A stretch of 64,000 bases of DNA from contig CAWAIF010000003.1 in the NCBI GenBank assembly GCA_963782055.1, positions 6,272,001 to 6,336,000 on the forward strand, in the 5' to 3' direction. The stretch is from an uncultured delta proteobacterium. Its GTDB lineage: Bacteria > Myxococcota_A > Polyangia > Polyangiales > Polyangiaceae. The notes beneath the pieces were generated by a model, which saw only the letters and a list, made by a program, of their open reading frames with translations, searched no databases and was not told the DNA's origin. A program made the translations under genes and the position numbers. Shown here in pieces: positions 47,077 through 57,230 of the stretch (its first letter is position 1; the number at the start of each line of letters is the position of its first letter).

Positions 47077-47697
47077 TCAGTGCAGCACCTGACCGTGCGA
47101 GGTGCCGCGGGAGACCTCGATGTCGTCGACACGCCCGCCGAAGCGCAGCGAGAGCACCAGCGCCACCGCCGAGAGGCCGAGGGAGAGCCAGAAGGCGGGC
47201 TCGTACGTGAAGCGCAGCGGGACCAGCCCCCCGTGGGGCGGCCGCAGCCACAGGATGACGCACGTGATCAGCGGCGCGGCGGCGAGGAAGGCCGCCGCCA
47301 CGCGCGCGCCGCGCATCTTGACGATGCTGCGGCGGCTGAGCACCGTCGGGATGAGCACCAGCCAGCCCACGCCCGCGCCCCACGCCCAGCCGAGCCGGCG
47401 GGCGAGGAAGAACCCGGTGAGCCGCACGTCGTCGGGCAGGGTGACGTGGATCCACGGGAAGAAGAAGAGGGCGATGCCCAGCAGGCCGCAGACGGCGAGC
47501 AGCCCCCTTCCCCGCGCGACGTAGGTCCACTTCAGCGGCTCGCTCGCGGGGTCGACCGGGACGCCGTCCTCGCTCATCGCGTCGTGGGAGGGGGGCAGCT
47601 TCTCGAAGGCGACCAGGGACATGCCGCACACCGGGCACTCCTTCGCCTCGTCTTGCTGGAACATCTCCCGGCAGAAGGGACAGGCTACGAGTGCCAT
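47077..47697 (-). CDS. Zinc-ribbon membrane protein
   Basis: CPFC...CPVC then four TM segments. Confidence 0.65.
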   Translation of the reverse strand: MALVACPFCREMFQQDEAKECPVCGMSLVAFEKLPPSHDAMSEDGVPVDPASEPLKWTYVARGRGLLAVCGLLGIALFFFPWIHVTLPDDVRLTGFFLARRLGWAWGAGVGWLVLIPTVLSRRSIVKMRGARVAAAFLAAAPLITCVILWLRPPHGGLVPLRFTYEPAFWLSLGLSAVALVLSLRFGGRVDDIEVSRGTSHGQVLH

Positions 47698-47844
47698 GCG
47701 GGACCGGCGGGGAGCATAGCGCGAAGCGCCCTCCCGTCTCTGGGAGCGGGGAAAGGAGGCCATCGAAGGGGCGGACACCGCGCCGCGGCCGGAGTTCCGC
47801 GCGCCCGCGGCGCACGTTGGGGGGCGCGTGCCGCCCCTCGCCGA

Positions 47845-48543
47845 TCAGCCGCCCGCAGGCTCAGCCACGAGGGCCGCGCTGGCCGCCGCGCGCTCCGCCT
47901 GCCGCTTGCTGCCGCCCTCCCCCCGAGCGAGGGCGACCTCCTTCACCTTCACCTCGACGATGAAGTGGGGGGCGTGGGCCGGCCCCTCCGCGCTCACCAC
48001 GTGGTAGGTGGGCGCCGGATCGCCCCGGGCCTGCACACGCTCCTGCAGCTCGCTCTTCGGGTCGCGGCCGCTGGAGGAGGCCGGCTCGCCGTTCTCCCGC
48101 ACGATCTCCGCCACCAGGCGCCGCACGCCGACCATGCCGTGCGCTTCGTAGACGGCGGCGACGAGCGCCTCGACCGCATCGGCGATCACGTTCGTCTGCG
48201 CCTGCTCGACGCTCATGCGCGCGCCGCGACCCAGCGCGATGCACCCGCCCAGCCCGACCGCACGCCCCCACCGCGCCAGCGCCTCGGCGTTGACCAGGGC
48301 GCTGCGCATGCGCGTGAGGGTGCCCTCGTCGGCCTCGGGGAAGTCCTGACAGAGCTGCTCGCTCACGCACACGCCCAGCACCGCGTCGCCCAGAAACTCC
48401 AGGCGCTGGTTGTCCGACGCGCCCGTCTCGTTGGAGTACGACGGGTGGGTGAGCGCCTCGACCAGCCGCGGGATCGTAGCGTCGGAGCCTGTCGTCAGGG
48501 CCAGCCGGACGGCGAGCGCCTCGCGCGCCTCCTCCAGGTTCAT
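47845..48543 (-). CDS. rnc: Ribonuclease III
   Basis: ALTHPS, NQRLEFLGDAVL, ADAVEALVAAVY, dsRBD DPKSELQE...GSKRQAE. Confidence 0.95.
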   Translation of the reverse strand: MNLEEAREALAVRLALTTGSDATIPRLVEALTHPSYSNETGASDNQRLEFLGDAVLGVCVSEQLCQDFPEADEGTLTRMRSALVNAEALARWGRAVGLGGCIALGRGARMSVEQAQTNVIADAVEALVAAVYEAHGMVGVRRLVAEIVRENGEPASSSGRDPKSELQERVQARGDPAPTYHVVSAEGPAHAPHFIVEVKVKEVALARGEGGSKRQAERAAASAALVAEPAGG

Positions 48544-48839
48544 GCGAAGGCGTCCGTGGCCTCGGCGAGGGCGAGGTCCAGCTCGGTGACGCCCTTCTGG
48601 TCGTGCGTCGTCCACACCACGCGCGCGCGCCCCCACCCGAGCTCCACGTCGGGGTGGTGATCGCGCTTCTCCGCGGCGAGCCCCACGCGCACCACGAAGG
48701 CGAGCGCGGCGGAGAAATCGGGGAAGGTGAAGGCGCGCGCGATGGCGTCCTGCTCGCCGGCGCGGACCTTCTCCCAGCCGCCGTGGGCGCGCAGCCACGC
48801 GTCGATGGCCGCGGGTTCCAGCTTCTGAGGCCGAGTCAT
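48540..48839 (-). CDS. phhB: Pterin-4-alpha-carbinolamine dehydratase
   Basis: FTFPDF, AEKRDHHPD, TTHD...DLALA. Confidence 0.92.
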   Translation of the reverse strand: MTRPQKLEPAAIDAWLRAHGGWEKVRAGEQDAIARAFTFPDFSAALAFVVRVGLAAEKRDHHPDVELGWGRARVVWTTHDQKGVTELDLALAEATDAFA

Positions 48840-48891
48840 GCTCCGAGGGTGCCTCGTGTCGCGCGCGACGGCAAGACGCACGAACGCGCGC

Positions 48892-49860
48892 TCAGGGCGT
48901 CGTCGCGGGGGCGACCTGGCCGGGGCGCTTGCGCGGGACGATGGTGCCGTCCGGCGGGGCGACGTCGATGCCGTTGAGCAGCTCCGGCGCGTAGTCCTTC
49001 AGCTTCTGCGTCTTGAGATCCCCGATGAGCTTCTTCGTCTCCGCGTCCACGCGGTCGCGGTAGATCGCGCTCTGGATTTGCTCTTTGACGTCATCGACCG
49101 AGCGGTGGCTCGCGCCCACCGTCCCGCGGCGCCAGACGACGGCGAAGTCGGGGCCCTCGGGCACCGGCTGCGGCACCATCTGCCCGTCCCGCACCGTCGT
49201 CGCCGCCTTGACCACGCCGGGGTCCACCTTGAGGCCCGCCTCGTTGGAGGTGCCGTCCGGCGCGACGAAGCCGAGGTTGCCGCCGCGCAGGTTGGTGGCC
49301 TTGTCCACGCTGTGATCGCGCGCGAGCTTGTTCCAGGTGGAGAGGGACTGGTCCTTCTTGGCCGCGGCGAGCACCGTCTCCGCTTCCTCCCGGGTGGCGC
49401 AGAGGATCCGGTAGACGTTGTAGCGCTCCGGCGCGTCGTAGCGAGCCTTGTGCGCGTCGTAGTACTTGCGCACCTCGTCCATCGGGATGGCGGAGGCGGG
49501 GCCGAGGCGCGCGCGCAGCGCGCGGAGGGTGGCGTCGGCGCGGACGCGGTCCAGGTCGAAGCGGGTGGGGACCTTGTCGTCCAGGTGGCGAGCGCCGGCG
49601 CCGAGGGCGAAGAGGGTCTCCGGGACGAGCACCTCGTTCAAGAACTTCCTGCGGACGGCCTCTGGCGTGGCGCCGAAGGTGCGGAGCTGGAAGGGCGGGA
49701 CCTGCGCCAGCCGGTCCTCCAGCTCGCCCACGGTGATGTTGCGGGGGCCGACGGTGGCGACGACGGCCGCGCGGCGCTTGGCCTCGGCGTCCTGTGCGTG
49801 CGCCGCCCCGCCCGCCACGACCGCGAGCACGACCCCGACGACGACCGAGCGCAGGCGCAT
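48892..49860 (-). CDS. Parvulin-type peptidyl-prolyl isomerase (SurA/PrsA-like)
   Basis: Signal peptide, VVATVG..ITVGEL, LARDHSVD...GGNLGF. Confidence 0.8.
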   Translation of the reverse strand: MRLRSVVVGVVLAVVAGGAAHAQDAEAKRRAAVVATVGPRNITVGELEDRLAQVPPFQLRTFGATPEAVRRKFLNEVLVPETLFALGAGARHLDDKVPTRFDLDRVRADATLRALRARLGPASAIPMDEVRKYYDAHKARYDAPERYNVYRILCATREEAETVLAAAKKDQSLSTWNKLARDHSVDKATNLRGGNLGFVAPDGTSNEAGLKVDPGVVKAATTVRDGQMVPQPVPEGPDFAVVWRRGTVGASHRSVDDVKEQIQSAIYRDRVDAETKKLIGDLKTQKLKDYAPELLNGIDVAPPDGTIVPRKRPGQVAPATTP

Positions 49861-49931
49861 GCCCACCGTCTTAGAGGCACCCGGCCCGCGGCGCAACGGC
49901 AGAGCCCCACCGGGCGGGCGACCGGCGCGGC

Positions 49932-50420
49932 TCATCGGCGCTTGCGCTGGGCCGCCTCGCCGCGCGACTCGCGGAGCGACGCGCCGCGGTGGTTCTCGCG
50001 CTCCGGCTTGCCGAGCACGCCGGCGGCCTTGAGCACGTCCTCCCCGATGCCGAGGAAGCGATAGACCTCCGGCCGGAAGCCGTACGCGCGGTGGAGGCGC
50101 GAGACGGCGACGGCCACCTCCTCGCCGAGCACCGCCGACTTCTTCACCTTGGCGACCTTGCGCAACGAGCCCACCGTCTCCCCGAGCTCCAGCAGCTCCT
50201 GCACGTGGGCGAGGACGTCCAGCGGCTTGAGATCCCGGCTGCGGGCCTTGCCGCTCTCCAGCTCGCGCAGCAGGCGCAGGCGGCGCTTCTCGGTGCGGCC
50301 GTCCAGGCGGCGGCGACCGGCGGCGCGCCCGCCGAGCACGTCGTTGAAGTAGCGGGCAGCGCGACGCTTCTCGATGGCCTCCGGACTTCCGCGTCGATTG
50401 GCGGGCTTCGACTTCGCCAT
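49932..50420 (-). CDS. Small basic hypothetical protein
   Basis: Arg/Lys-rich 162-aa ORF with a clear promoter upstream. Confidence 0.65.
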   Translation of the reverse strand: MAKSKPANRRGSPEAIEKRRAARYFNDVLGGRAAGRRRLDGRTEKRRLRLLRELESGKARSRDLKPLDVLAHVQELLELGETVGSLRKVAKVKKSAVLGEEVAVAVSRLHRAYGFRPEVYRFLGIGEDVLKAAGVLGKPERENHRGASLRESRGEAAQRKRR

Positions 50421-50430
50421 TTCACCCGGG

Positions 50431-50459
50431 ACCCTAGTGCCCGCAGGCCATGGTGTCAA
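50431..50459 (-). promoter_or_regulatory. Putative sigma70 promoter
   Basis: Minus strand TTGACA-N17-TAGGGT, 10 nt upstream of ATG 50420. Confidence 0.65.
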
Positions 50460-50651
50460 TGCACCTTGTCAGGACGATCAATGGCCACAATGAGATGCAG
50501 ATCGGCCAATCAATCGACCCATCAAATACGCTTCCTCCCGCAGGTCCTCGCCCGCGCGTCCTCGTCCTCTTGCGCGCGGGTGGTCGTGGAACAGCAAGAT
50601 CTTCTGATCTTTCTGTGACCTGCCAGCGGCGATGGGCGGCGGACGCCGAGG

Positions 50652-52340
50652 CTACTTCGAGGCCGGGGGCATCTCGCTCACCGGGGGTGGGCCCTCGACG
50701 GGCAAGACCAGCCGGAACTCCGCGCCGCCGCCGCCCGGCGGCACGACGTACGCGAGCTCGCCGCCGTGCTCGATCGCGATGCGCTGCGCGATGGCGAGGC
50801 CCAGGCCCGTGCCGTGCTCCTTGCTCGTCGCGTACGGCTCGAAGAGGCGCGGCACCATCTCCGGCGCGACGCCCGGGCCATCGTCCTTCACGCTCGCCGC
50901 GACGCGGTCGCCGTCCAGCTTCTGCACGCGGACGGTCACCTCGCCCTTGCCCCGCTCGCGCAGCGCGTCGATGGCGTTCTGCACCAGGTTGGTGAGCACC
51001 TGCACGATCTGATCGCGATCGGCCATCACGTGGGGCACGCCCGCGCGCGCGTCGAAGCGCAGGCGCACCTCCCCGGCGGTGGGCTCGTGCAGCTTCACGA
51101 CCCCCCGCGCGAGGTCCACCAGGTCGACGTCCTGCGGCTTCGGCGGTGGGAGCCTCGCGAAGGCGGTGAACTCGGTGACGATACCGGCGATGCGGTGCAC
51201 CTCGTCGAGCACGGTGCGCGTCGCCTCGTCGAAGTACTCGTCGAACGCGGGGTCGGAGCGGGCGCGCAGCCGGCGCAGGGTCTCCACCGCGGCGCGGATG
51301 GGCGCGAGCGGGTTCTTCACCTCGTGCGCGACGCGACGCGCCACCTCGCGCCACGCCGCCACGCGCGTGGTGGCGGCCAGGCGGCGCCGCGTCGCCTCCA
51401 GGTCCTCCAGCATGCGGTCGAAGGCGCGGGTGAGCTCCGCCACCTCTCCCGAGCCGCGCACGCGGACCGGGCGCGCGTCGCCGCTGGCCACGCGACGCGC
51501 CTGCTCGGAGAGGTCGGAGAGGGGGCGGCTGAGGCCGCGGGCCAGGAGCACCGCGAGCAGCAGGGCGAGCGCCGCCGACGCGCCCCCGTACAGCGCGATG
51601 GTGCGGTCGATGTCGGCGAGCGTCTTGTCCAAGGCCGACTTGTCCTTGGAGACGACGATGGGGAAGCTGCCACCGTGCCCGTCGCCCACCTTGCACGTGG
51701 CCTTCGCTGTCGCGTCGGTGCTCACGGCGTCGCTGCCGCGCGCGACGCTCACGTTGACGGTCCGGCCGATGCGCTGGAGCAGCGGGTCCAGGTGGCGCGC
51801 CCCGAGCAGTCCGACGCCCGGCCCGCGCTTGCCGCCGCGCAGGCAGCGCAGCACCAGGCTGGGCTGCGACGGGAAGGTCGCGCCCTTCGGTGGGCTGTCC
51901 TCGATGACGTGGAGCGGATCGTCCTCGATCTGCGCGGCCGCCTCCTTCGGCGAGAGGCCGATGAGGTCGCGCGGATCGGCGCCCAGCACGTCGCCGCGGC
52001 CGTTGACGAGCACCAGCTCGTCCAGGTCGAAGGACTGCCGCTCGGCGGGCACCAGCGCGGCGAGAGCCACGCGGCGCTCGTCCAGATCGCCTGCCTCCAT
52101 CGCGAGCAGCGTGCGGTCCACCAGCTCCCCCGACGCGCACGCCCCGCCGAGCACCTTGCGGTCGGACTCGGCCTGACGGCGCACCTCGGCGTCGACGCGC
52201 GAGCACGCCGAGCGGACCTCGTCGTCGAAGCGCGCCGTCTCGGTGCTGCGGCGCTCCTCGCGCAGCGCGAGGCCCAGCCCGGCGGTCGACGCGACCACCA
52301 GCAGGCCGAAGGCGATGACGAAGCGCGGGGCCAGCCTCAT
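50652..52340 (-). CDS. HAMP sensor histidine kinase (NtrY-like)
   Basis: Two TMs, HAMP, AWREVARRVAHEVKNPL, NLVQNA, DDGPG, GTGLGL. Confidence 0.9.
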   Translation of the reverse strand: MRLAPRFVIAFGLLVVASTAGLGLALREERRSTETARFDDEVRSACSRVDAEVRRQAESDRKVLGGACASGELVDRTLLAMEAGDLDERRVALAALVPAERQSFDLDELVLVNGRGDVLGADPRDLIGLSPKEAAAQIEDDPLHVIEDSPPKGATFPSQPSLVLRCLRGGKRGPGVGLLGARHLDPLLQRIGRTVNVSVARGSDAVSTDATAKATCKVGDGHGGSFPIVVSKDKSALDKTLADIDRTIALYGGASAALALLLAVLLARGLSRPLSDLSEQARRVASGDARPVRVRGSGEVAELTRAFDRMLEDLEATRRRLAATTRVAAWREVARRVAHEVKNPLAPIRAAVETLRRLRARSDPAFDEYFDEATRTVLDEVHRIAGIVTEFTAFARLPPPKPQDVDLVDLARGVVKLHEPTAGEVRLRFDARAGVPHVMADRDQIVQVLTNLVQNAIDALRERGKGEVTVRVQKLDGDRVAASVKDDGPGVAPEMVPRLFEPYATSKEHGTGLGLAIAQRIAIEHGGELAYVVPPGGGGAEFRLVLPVEGPPPVSEMPPASK

Positions 52341-53686
52341 CGCTTGCTCCGGAAGGCGCTCCCCCAGTCGATGCCGTAGCCCAGGCCGGAAGGAGGGAGG
52401 GTCAGGTCGGGGACGCGGCCCCCCTGCACGCGCACCTCGCCCAGCACGCCCACGCGCATCGTCCGGGTGAGGGTGCGCGGGGGAAGGGAGCCGATGCGGG
52501 GTGGGTGGCGTACGGCGTCCACGGCGGAGGCGGGGTTGTCGGCGGTCGCCAGCCCCGCGAGGGTGCCCAGCAGCCCTGGCGCGAAGGGCCGCGCGAAATC
52601 GACCGCGAGGGTGAAGGCGCGCGACGCGCGGCGCGCGGCCAGCTCGCGCCAGGGCACGGGCCGCGGGGTCACCTCGTGCGAGGCGCGCGAGAGGGTGGCG
52701 GCCACCGCGCGCGCCACCTCCACCAGCCACGGCGCGTCGTCGCGCACCAGCAGATCGCACGGCGCGCCGCCCCAGCCCTGGTCCGGATCGGTGCGCCACG
52801 CCGGGCCGAGCGCCAGGTACGACAGGCGCGACGGCGCGATCCCGTCGCAGAGCCGCTGCGCGGTCCCCGGGGCGTCCCACGCCCCCACGAGGCGGCCGGT
52901 GCGCAGCAGCGCCCAGCCCACGGCGCCGGCGTCGAACGGCCGGGAGCCGGCGCGCGGCTCGTGGAGGCCGGAGCCGAGCCAGCCCATGTCGTCGGTGCCC
53001 GCCTCGAAGGAGCGCAGCGAGTCGGCCAGATCCGACGCGGCATGGACGGTCAGCGTGTCGAGGAAGGAGGGGCCGAGCGCCGCGCGAGGATTGCGGCTGA
53101 GGGCGAGGCCTCCCCCGCGGCGCTGCGCGCGGAACGGCCCGGTCCCGTCCGGCCGCTCCGGCGCGAACGCCATAGGGACGATCGCGGTGAGCGGCGACGC
53201 GAGGGCGCGCGCGAGCTTGCCGGGATCCGCCGACGGGAAGAAGAGGGCCGCCTCGCCCTGCCGCCGCGGGACCGGGACGTCGGCGAGCCAGGCGCGGGCG
53301 CCGGAGCGCTTGGCCCGCGCGAGGGAGTGGACCACGTCGCGCGTGCCGATGCCGCGGCCGAGGGCGGTGGACAGCCCGGCGCGCAGCGCGACGCGCGCCC
53401 CACCCTTCGTGGCCTCCGGGGGCGACTCGGCGAGGGCGGGGACCACCGCGTCGCCCTCGAAGGCGTAGAGCGCGTCGAACATCGCCTCGCCGAAGATGGC
53501 GGCCGCCGCGTCATCGGCGCGGTGCGGGTCGACGGAGGCGAGCGGCCAGGGGACGCGGAGGGTGACGCTTCCACCCACCGGCGTGCGGGCGAGGGCGAAG
53601 GCGGGGGTCGCGCGCGCGAGGAGGCCGCCGAGCGCGCCGAGGGTGAAGGCGCGGCGCCCCACGCCACGTGCGACCTCAGCGGACAA
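52337..53686 (-). CDS. Family 5 solute-binding-protein-like, possible Tat signal
   Basis: RRAFTLG; LASVDP, FDALY, PALAE, DGTGPF motifs. Confidence 0.65.
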   Translation of the reverse strand: MSAEVARGVGRRAFTLGALGGLLARATPAFALARTPVGGSVTLRVPWPLASVDPHRADDAAAAIFGEAMFDALYAFEGDAVVPALAESPPEATKGGARVALRAGLSTALGRGIGTRDVVHSLARAKRSGARAWLADVPVPRRQGEAALFFPSADPGKLARALASPLTAIVPMAFAPERPDGTGPFRAQRRGGGLALSRNPRAALGPSFLDTLTVHAASDLADSLRSFEAGTDDMGWLGSGLHEPRAGSRPFDAGAVGWALLRTGRLVGAWDAPGTAQRLCDGIAPSRLSYLALGPAWRTDPDQGWGGAPCDLLVRDDAPWLVEVARAVAATLSRASHEVTPRPVPWRELAARRASRAFTLAVDFARPFAPGLLGTLAGLATADNPASAVDAVRHPPRIGSLPPRTLTRTMRVGVLGEVRVQGGRVPDLTLPPSGLGYGIDWGSAFRSKR

Positions 53687-55010
53687 CCCACACCTCGTCT
53701 CCGACGACGGCCACCAGCGCGGGGACGCCGCGATCCTCCGGCGGGCACGCGGCGAGGGCGCGCACGCCCGCGGGCGCCGGCAGGCGGAGGCGCACGCGCG
53801 GCGCGCCCGGGCCGAAGGACACGACGGTGATGGAGTCCTTCTCGGTCACGTCGCCGCTGAAGGCGACCTCCGGCACGCCGTCCAGGTCCATGTCCAGCCC
53901 GGCGATCTGCGCGCCGGCGTCGTCCTGCGTCGGCTGCTCGGCGCCGCCCACGCGCACGCGCAGCTTGCCCCCCGGGTCGCGCGTGGCCACGACGCGGACG
54001 ACCGCGCCGTTCTTCTGGACCACGTCGAAGAGCGCCGCCGCGTCGTAGCGGTCCGGGCCGAGCGTGTCCGCCCCCTGCCCTGCCGACCCCGCCGTGCGGC
54101 ACGGCTCGAGCGCGCCGCCGAGCGCGCTCGCCTCCGGATCCGGCGAGGCGCACGCGCCGAGCCCCACGGGGAGGCCGTGCAGCGCCTGCGGAGCGCCCAG
54201 CGCCGCGTCGGTCACGACGCCCCCTCGATCGGTGAGGCCGAGCCAGAGGCGTCCCGCGTCCATCGACGCGGTGGCGATGGGCTCGCGCAGCGGCACCGGG
54301 GCGCGCGGCGCCAGCGCGCTCCACCGCGTGGTCTTGTCCGCGACGAACTGCCCGCCGCGCAGCCTGCCGATCGCCACGCGCTCTCGCGTGATCAGCGCCA
54401 GCTCCAGCCCGCCGTCGCCGTCCAGATCGCCGCACGCGGCGGCGACCACCTTCCCCTCCGCCTGCGTCGCCTTGTGGACGTGCGCCTGCTCCAGCAGGAT
54501 GGGCGGAAAGACCGCGCGCACCTCCGCGTCGATGGGCGCGGCGGCGTAGGCGTGCGCGCTCGGCGGCGGAGGCGGCAGCCGCACGCGATCCCAGGCGTTG
54601 ACGACCAGCGGGTACTCGTCGGCGGTGACGCGGAGCTGCCCCTTCTGCACCTCGACGCGCAGGTAGACGAGCGCGGAGGCGTGCGCCGCCTCCCCCCGCG
54701 CCGCGGCGAGGGGGAGCACCTTCGGCAGCGCGCGGGCGGTGCCGCCGAGCTGCCCGGCGACCAGCGCCGCGACGCGCGCGGCCAGCTCGTCGCCCCGCGT
54801 CGCCGGGATGTCGCTCACCAGCGGGCCGGCGGCGACCATCGCGCCGGGCTTCACCGCGCCCAGGCCCTTCGCGATCTCCCGCGCCACGGCGCCCAGGGCG
54901 GTGGTGGGCACGGGCGTGGCCGCCGCGCTCGTCCCCTTCGCCTGCGCGAGCGCCGCGGACGAGGCGTAGGCCAGCGAGAGCACGTAGAGGAGAGCGGTCC
55001 TGGGGCGCAT
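53676..55010 (-). CDS. Secreted protein with FG-GAP-like Ca-binding motifs
   Basis: Signal peptide; GDLDGDG and DMDLDGVPE. Confidence 0.6.
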   Translation of the reverse strand: MRPRTALLYVLSLAYASSAALAQAKGTSAAATPVPTTALGAVAREIAKGLGAVKPGAMVAAGPLVSDIPATRGDELAARVAALVAGQLGGTARALPKVLPLAAARGEAAHASALVYLRVEVQKGQLRVTADEYPLVVNAWDRVRLPPPPPSAHAYAAAPIDAEVRAVFPPILLEQAHVHKATQAEGKVVAAACGDLDGDGGLELALITRERVAIGRLRGGQFVADKTTRWSALAPRAPVPLREPIATASMDAGRLWLGLTDRGGVVTDAALGAPQALHGLPVGLGACASPDPEASALGGALEPCRTAGSAGQGADTLGPDRYDAAALFDVVQKNGAVVRVVATRDPGGKLRVRVGGAEQPTQDDAGAQIAGLDMDLDGVPEVAFSGDVTEKDSITVVSFGPGAPRVRLRLPAPAGVRALAACPPEDRGVPALVAVVGDEVWVVR

Positions 55011-55173
55011 CGGGAGTGCGCCAGCGTACCACCCGCGCCACAGGTGGCGATCCGATGCGCCAGCCTGGGGCCGGGGAGGGCCAGCCGGCGGCTGCGTACT
55101 CCGCCAAACCGGGCGTCACGCCCCGCGCGGTTCGCGGAGAGGCGATGGAGAGCTGGCTCAGCGCGATGGCGCC

Positions 55174-55587
55174 CTACTCCTGGTCTGGGAATACTTCGAT
55201 CGAGAGATTCACTCCAAGGCGAGCCAGTTGCACCACACAAGCATGCGAAATGGTGAATCCTGCATTCTCGCGCCCAACCAATCCCAGGTACAGCTCGCAA
55301 CTGCCGCCCGTTTCCACGAAGTCGTGCAACCATTGCTCGTTCTCGACCAGACGACGTACCCATTCGCCGATCAGATCCTCCATGTCGAACACCTGAGGCA
55401 GTTCGCCGCACCAATAGGTTTCCTGGCGTCGACCCGTCAATGGGTGGCCCTTTGGAGTTCGACGCTCAGCTCCAACCTTCCAAGAATACAACGGTTGAAG
55501 GCCGAGCCTGCTGGTGACCTCTTCCGGGGCCATGCTCGGGTGCGTCAGGCGACAAGCGAGGCTGTTGGGAGGACACCTCGAGATCAT
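55174..55587 (-). CDS. Putative immunity protein (DUF4279-like)
   Basis: PEEVTSRLGLQP...WKVG...TYW...LARLGVNLSIEVF; lower GC; overlaps the toxin stop codon. Confidence 0.65.
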   Translation of the reverse strand: MISRCPPNSLACRLTHPSMAPEEVTSRLGLQPLYSWKVGAERRTPKGHPLTGRRQETYWCGELPQVFDMEDLIGEWVRRLVENEQWLHDFVETGGSCELYLGLVGRENAGFTISHACVVQLARLGVNLSIEVFPDQE

Positions 55588-56090
55588 GGAAGGTAATCCT
55601 CGACTGGGCCATTATCGATGGCGTTACCTTCACCATCCCCAGTTATCACATGCCCATCCGGAGCGATCCCGACCCAATCCTTTGGTCCTGCGAGGACTCC
55701 CTCCTTGATTTTCTGATGTTGTTTAGTCCATGGTGTCTGATTGATGGGTTTCGTCCCGGTCGGACAGCCCTTCGGCTTGGCTTCCTTGGATCGCGATTGG
55801 GGCGTCTCCGCGAATAGACCGATCTGGTCAGAAATCCGGTCTCCGATCTCACCTCCGTAGATGCCGCCGAAGTAGATACCCGCCAGTCCACCCACTCCCA
55901 TCCCTACGGTCGCCTCGGCTGGGGCACCCACCACAGCCGCCGGACCGGTAGTCAGAAGTCCCGTGCCACCTCCAGCGACGAAACCAAGATCCGCGCCGAT
56001 GGCGCCACCGCCGACCGCGCCGAGCACCGTACCGATGAAGCGCCCGAGTGGAGTGTATCCCGATGGATCGATGCAGTTGACCGGGTCGTC
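55584..56090 (-). pseudogene. Orphan Rhs C-terminal toxin module (resembles Ntox37) with no start codon before the DPxG junction
   Basis: Frame reads DDPVNCIDPSG-YTPLGRF...GTKPINQ...IKEGVLAGPKDWVGIAPDGHVITGDGEGNA; in-frame TGA at 56091-56093. Confidence 0.75.
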
Positions 56091-56267
56091 TCACGTGTGC
56101 GGGTGCGCGAGGTGCCGAGCGGGTGGCGGGACGGCGCTCGACGCGGGCGTCCCGGAGCGCGCAGCGGGCAGCCGTGCGTGCTCGGGGGGCGGTTTTTGGT
56201 GGCGCGGATGGACCGGGGCCTGGGCCGCACTCGTGGAGCGAGCGCAGTGGAGCACGACGCGGGGAGA

Positions 56268-57224
56268 TCATGCGGCCCTCGGCGGGGCGCGAGCTCGGGG
56301 CTCGGGCAGCGCGGTGCGCACGAGGGCAGGCGTGTGGCAAGCGGGGCAGCGGCGCAGGTCGATGCCCGCGATTCGCAGCAGCAGGTCGGCGGCGTCGGCA
56401 CGGCGCTCCGGTCGCGCAGCGGGCGCGTGCGGACCCAGTCTGCGGCGTGCGGTCTCGAGGCGCGTGGTGGCGTGGCTGGCGGAGTGCAGGCCGTAGTGGC
56501 GGATCTTGACGAAGCCGCGCGGCAGCACGTGCTGGACGAAGCGCGCGAGCAGCTCCTCGGCCGGGACGGTGACCGACTTGCCGTCTCTGGTGCGGAAGGT
56601 GACGCCGCGCTCGCCCATCGAGACGCCCATCACGCGCACGGGGAAGAGGAAGCGACGGCGCGCGCGCACCCAGCGCGCGGCGTCGCCGGTGAGTCCGCCG
56701 CCGGTGACGATGGCGTGCACGTGGGGGTGGAAGAGCAGCGCGCGCGTCCAGGTGTGCAGGACCATCGTGACGCCGAGCTCGGCGCCGAGCCACTTCGGAT
56801 CCCGCGCGAGGGTGGCCAGCGTGTCGGCCGCGCTCGCGAAGAGCATGTCGAAGACCCGCGCGCGCGAGCGCCGCGCGACGGCGCGCAGCTCGGCGGGGAG
56901 CGTGAAGACGACGTGGAAGTAGTGCACGGGCAGAATGCGCTCGAGCCGCGTGGCGACCCACCGCGCCTGCGCGAGCGACTGGCACTTGGGACAGTGCCGG
57001 TTGCGGCACGAGTTGTACGACGGTCGCTCGAGCCCGCACGCGGTGCACACGTCCAGATGTCCGCCCAGCGCGGCAGTCCGGCATCGCTCGATCGCCCGCA
57101 GCGCCGACCGCTCCTCGGGACGCAGCACGCGGCCGCCGGCGAAGGCCTCGCCGTGGGCGCGCACCACGTCCGCGAGCTCGATGGGCGCCGCGCGCGTGCG
57201 CGCGGGCGCACACGACGGGTGCAT
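56268..57224 (-). pseudogene. IS91-family (Y2/HUH) transposase with an internal in-frame deletion
   Basis: CRTAALGG, YNSCRNRHCPKCQ, YFHVVFTLP, HTW...HPHVH, VLPRGFVKIRHYG; FLFPVR is joined almost directly to VTFR and no YxxRY is present. Confidence 0.8.
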
Positions 57225-57230
57225 CGGGGC

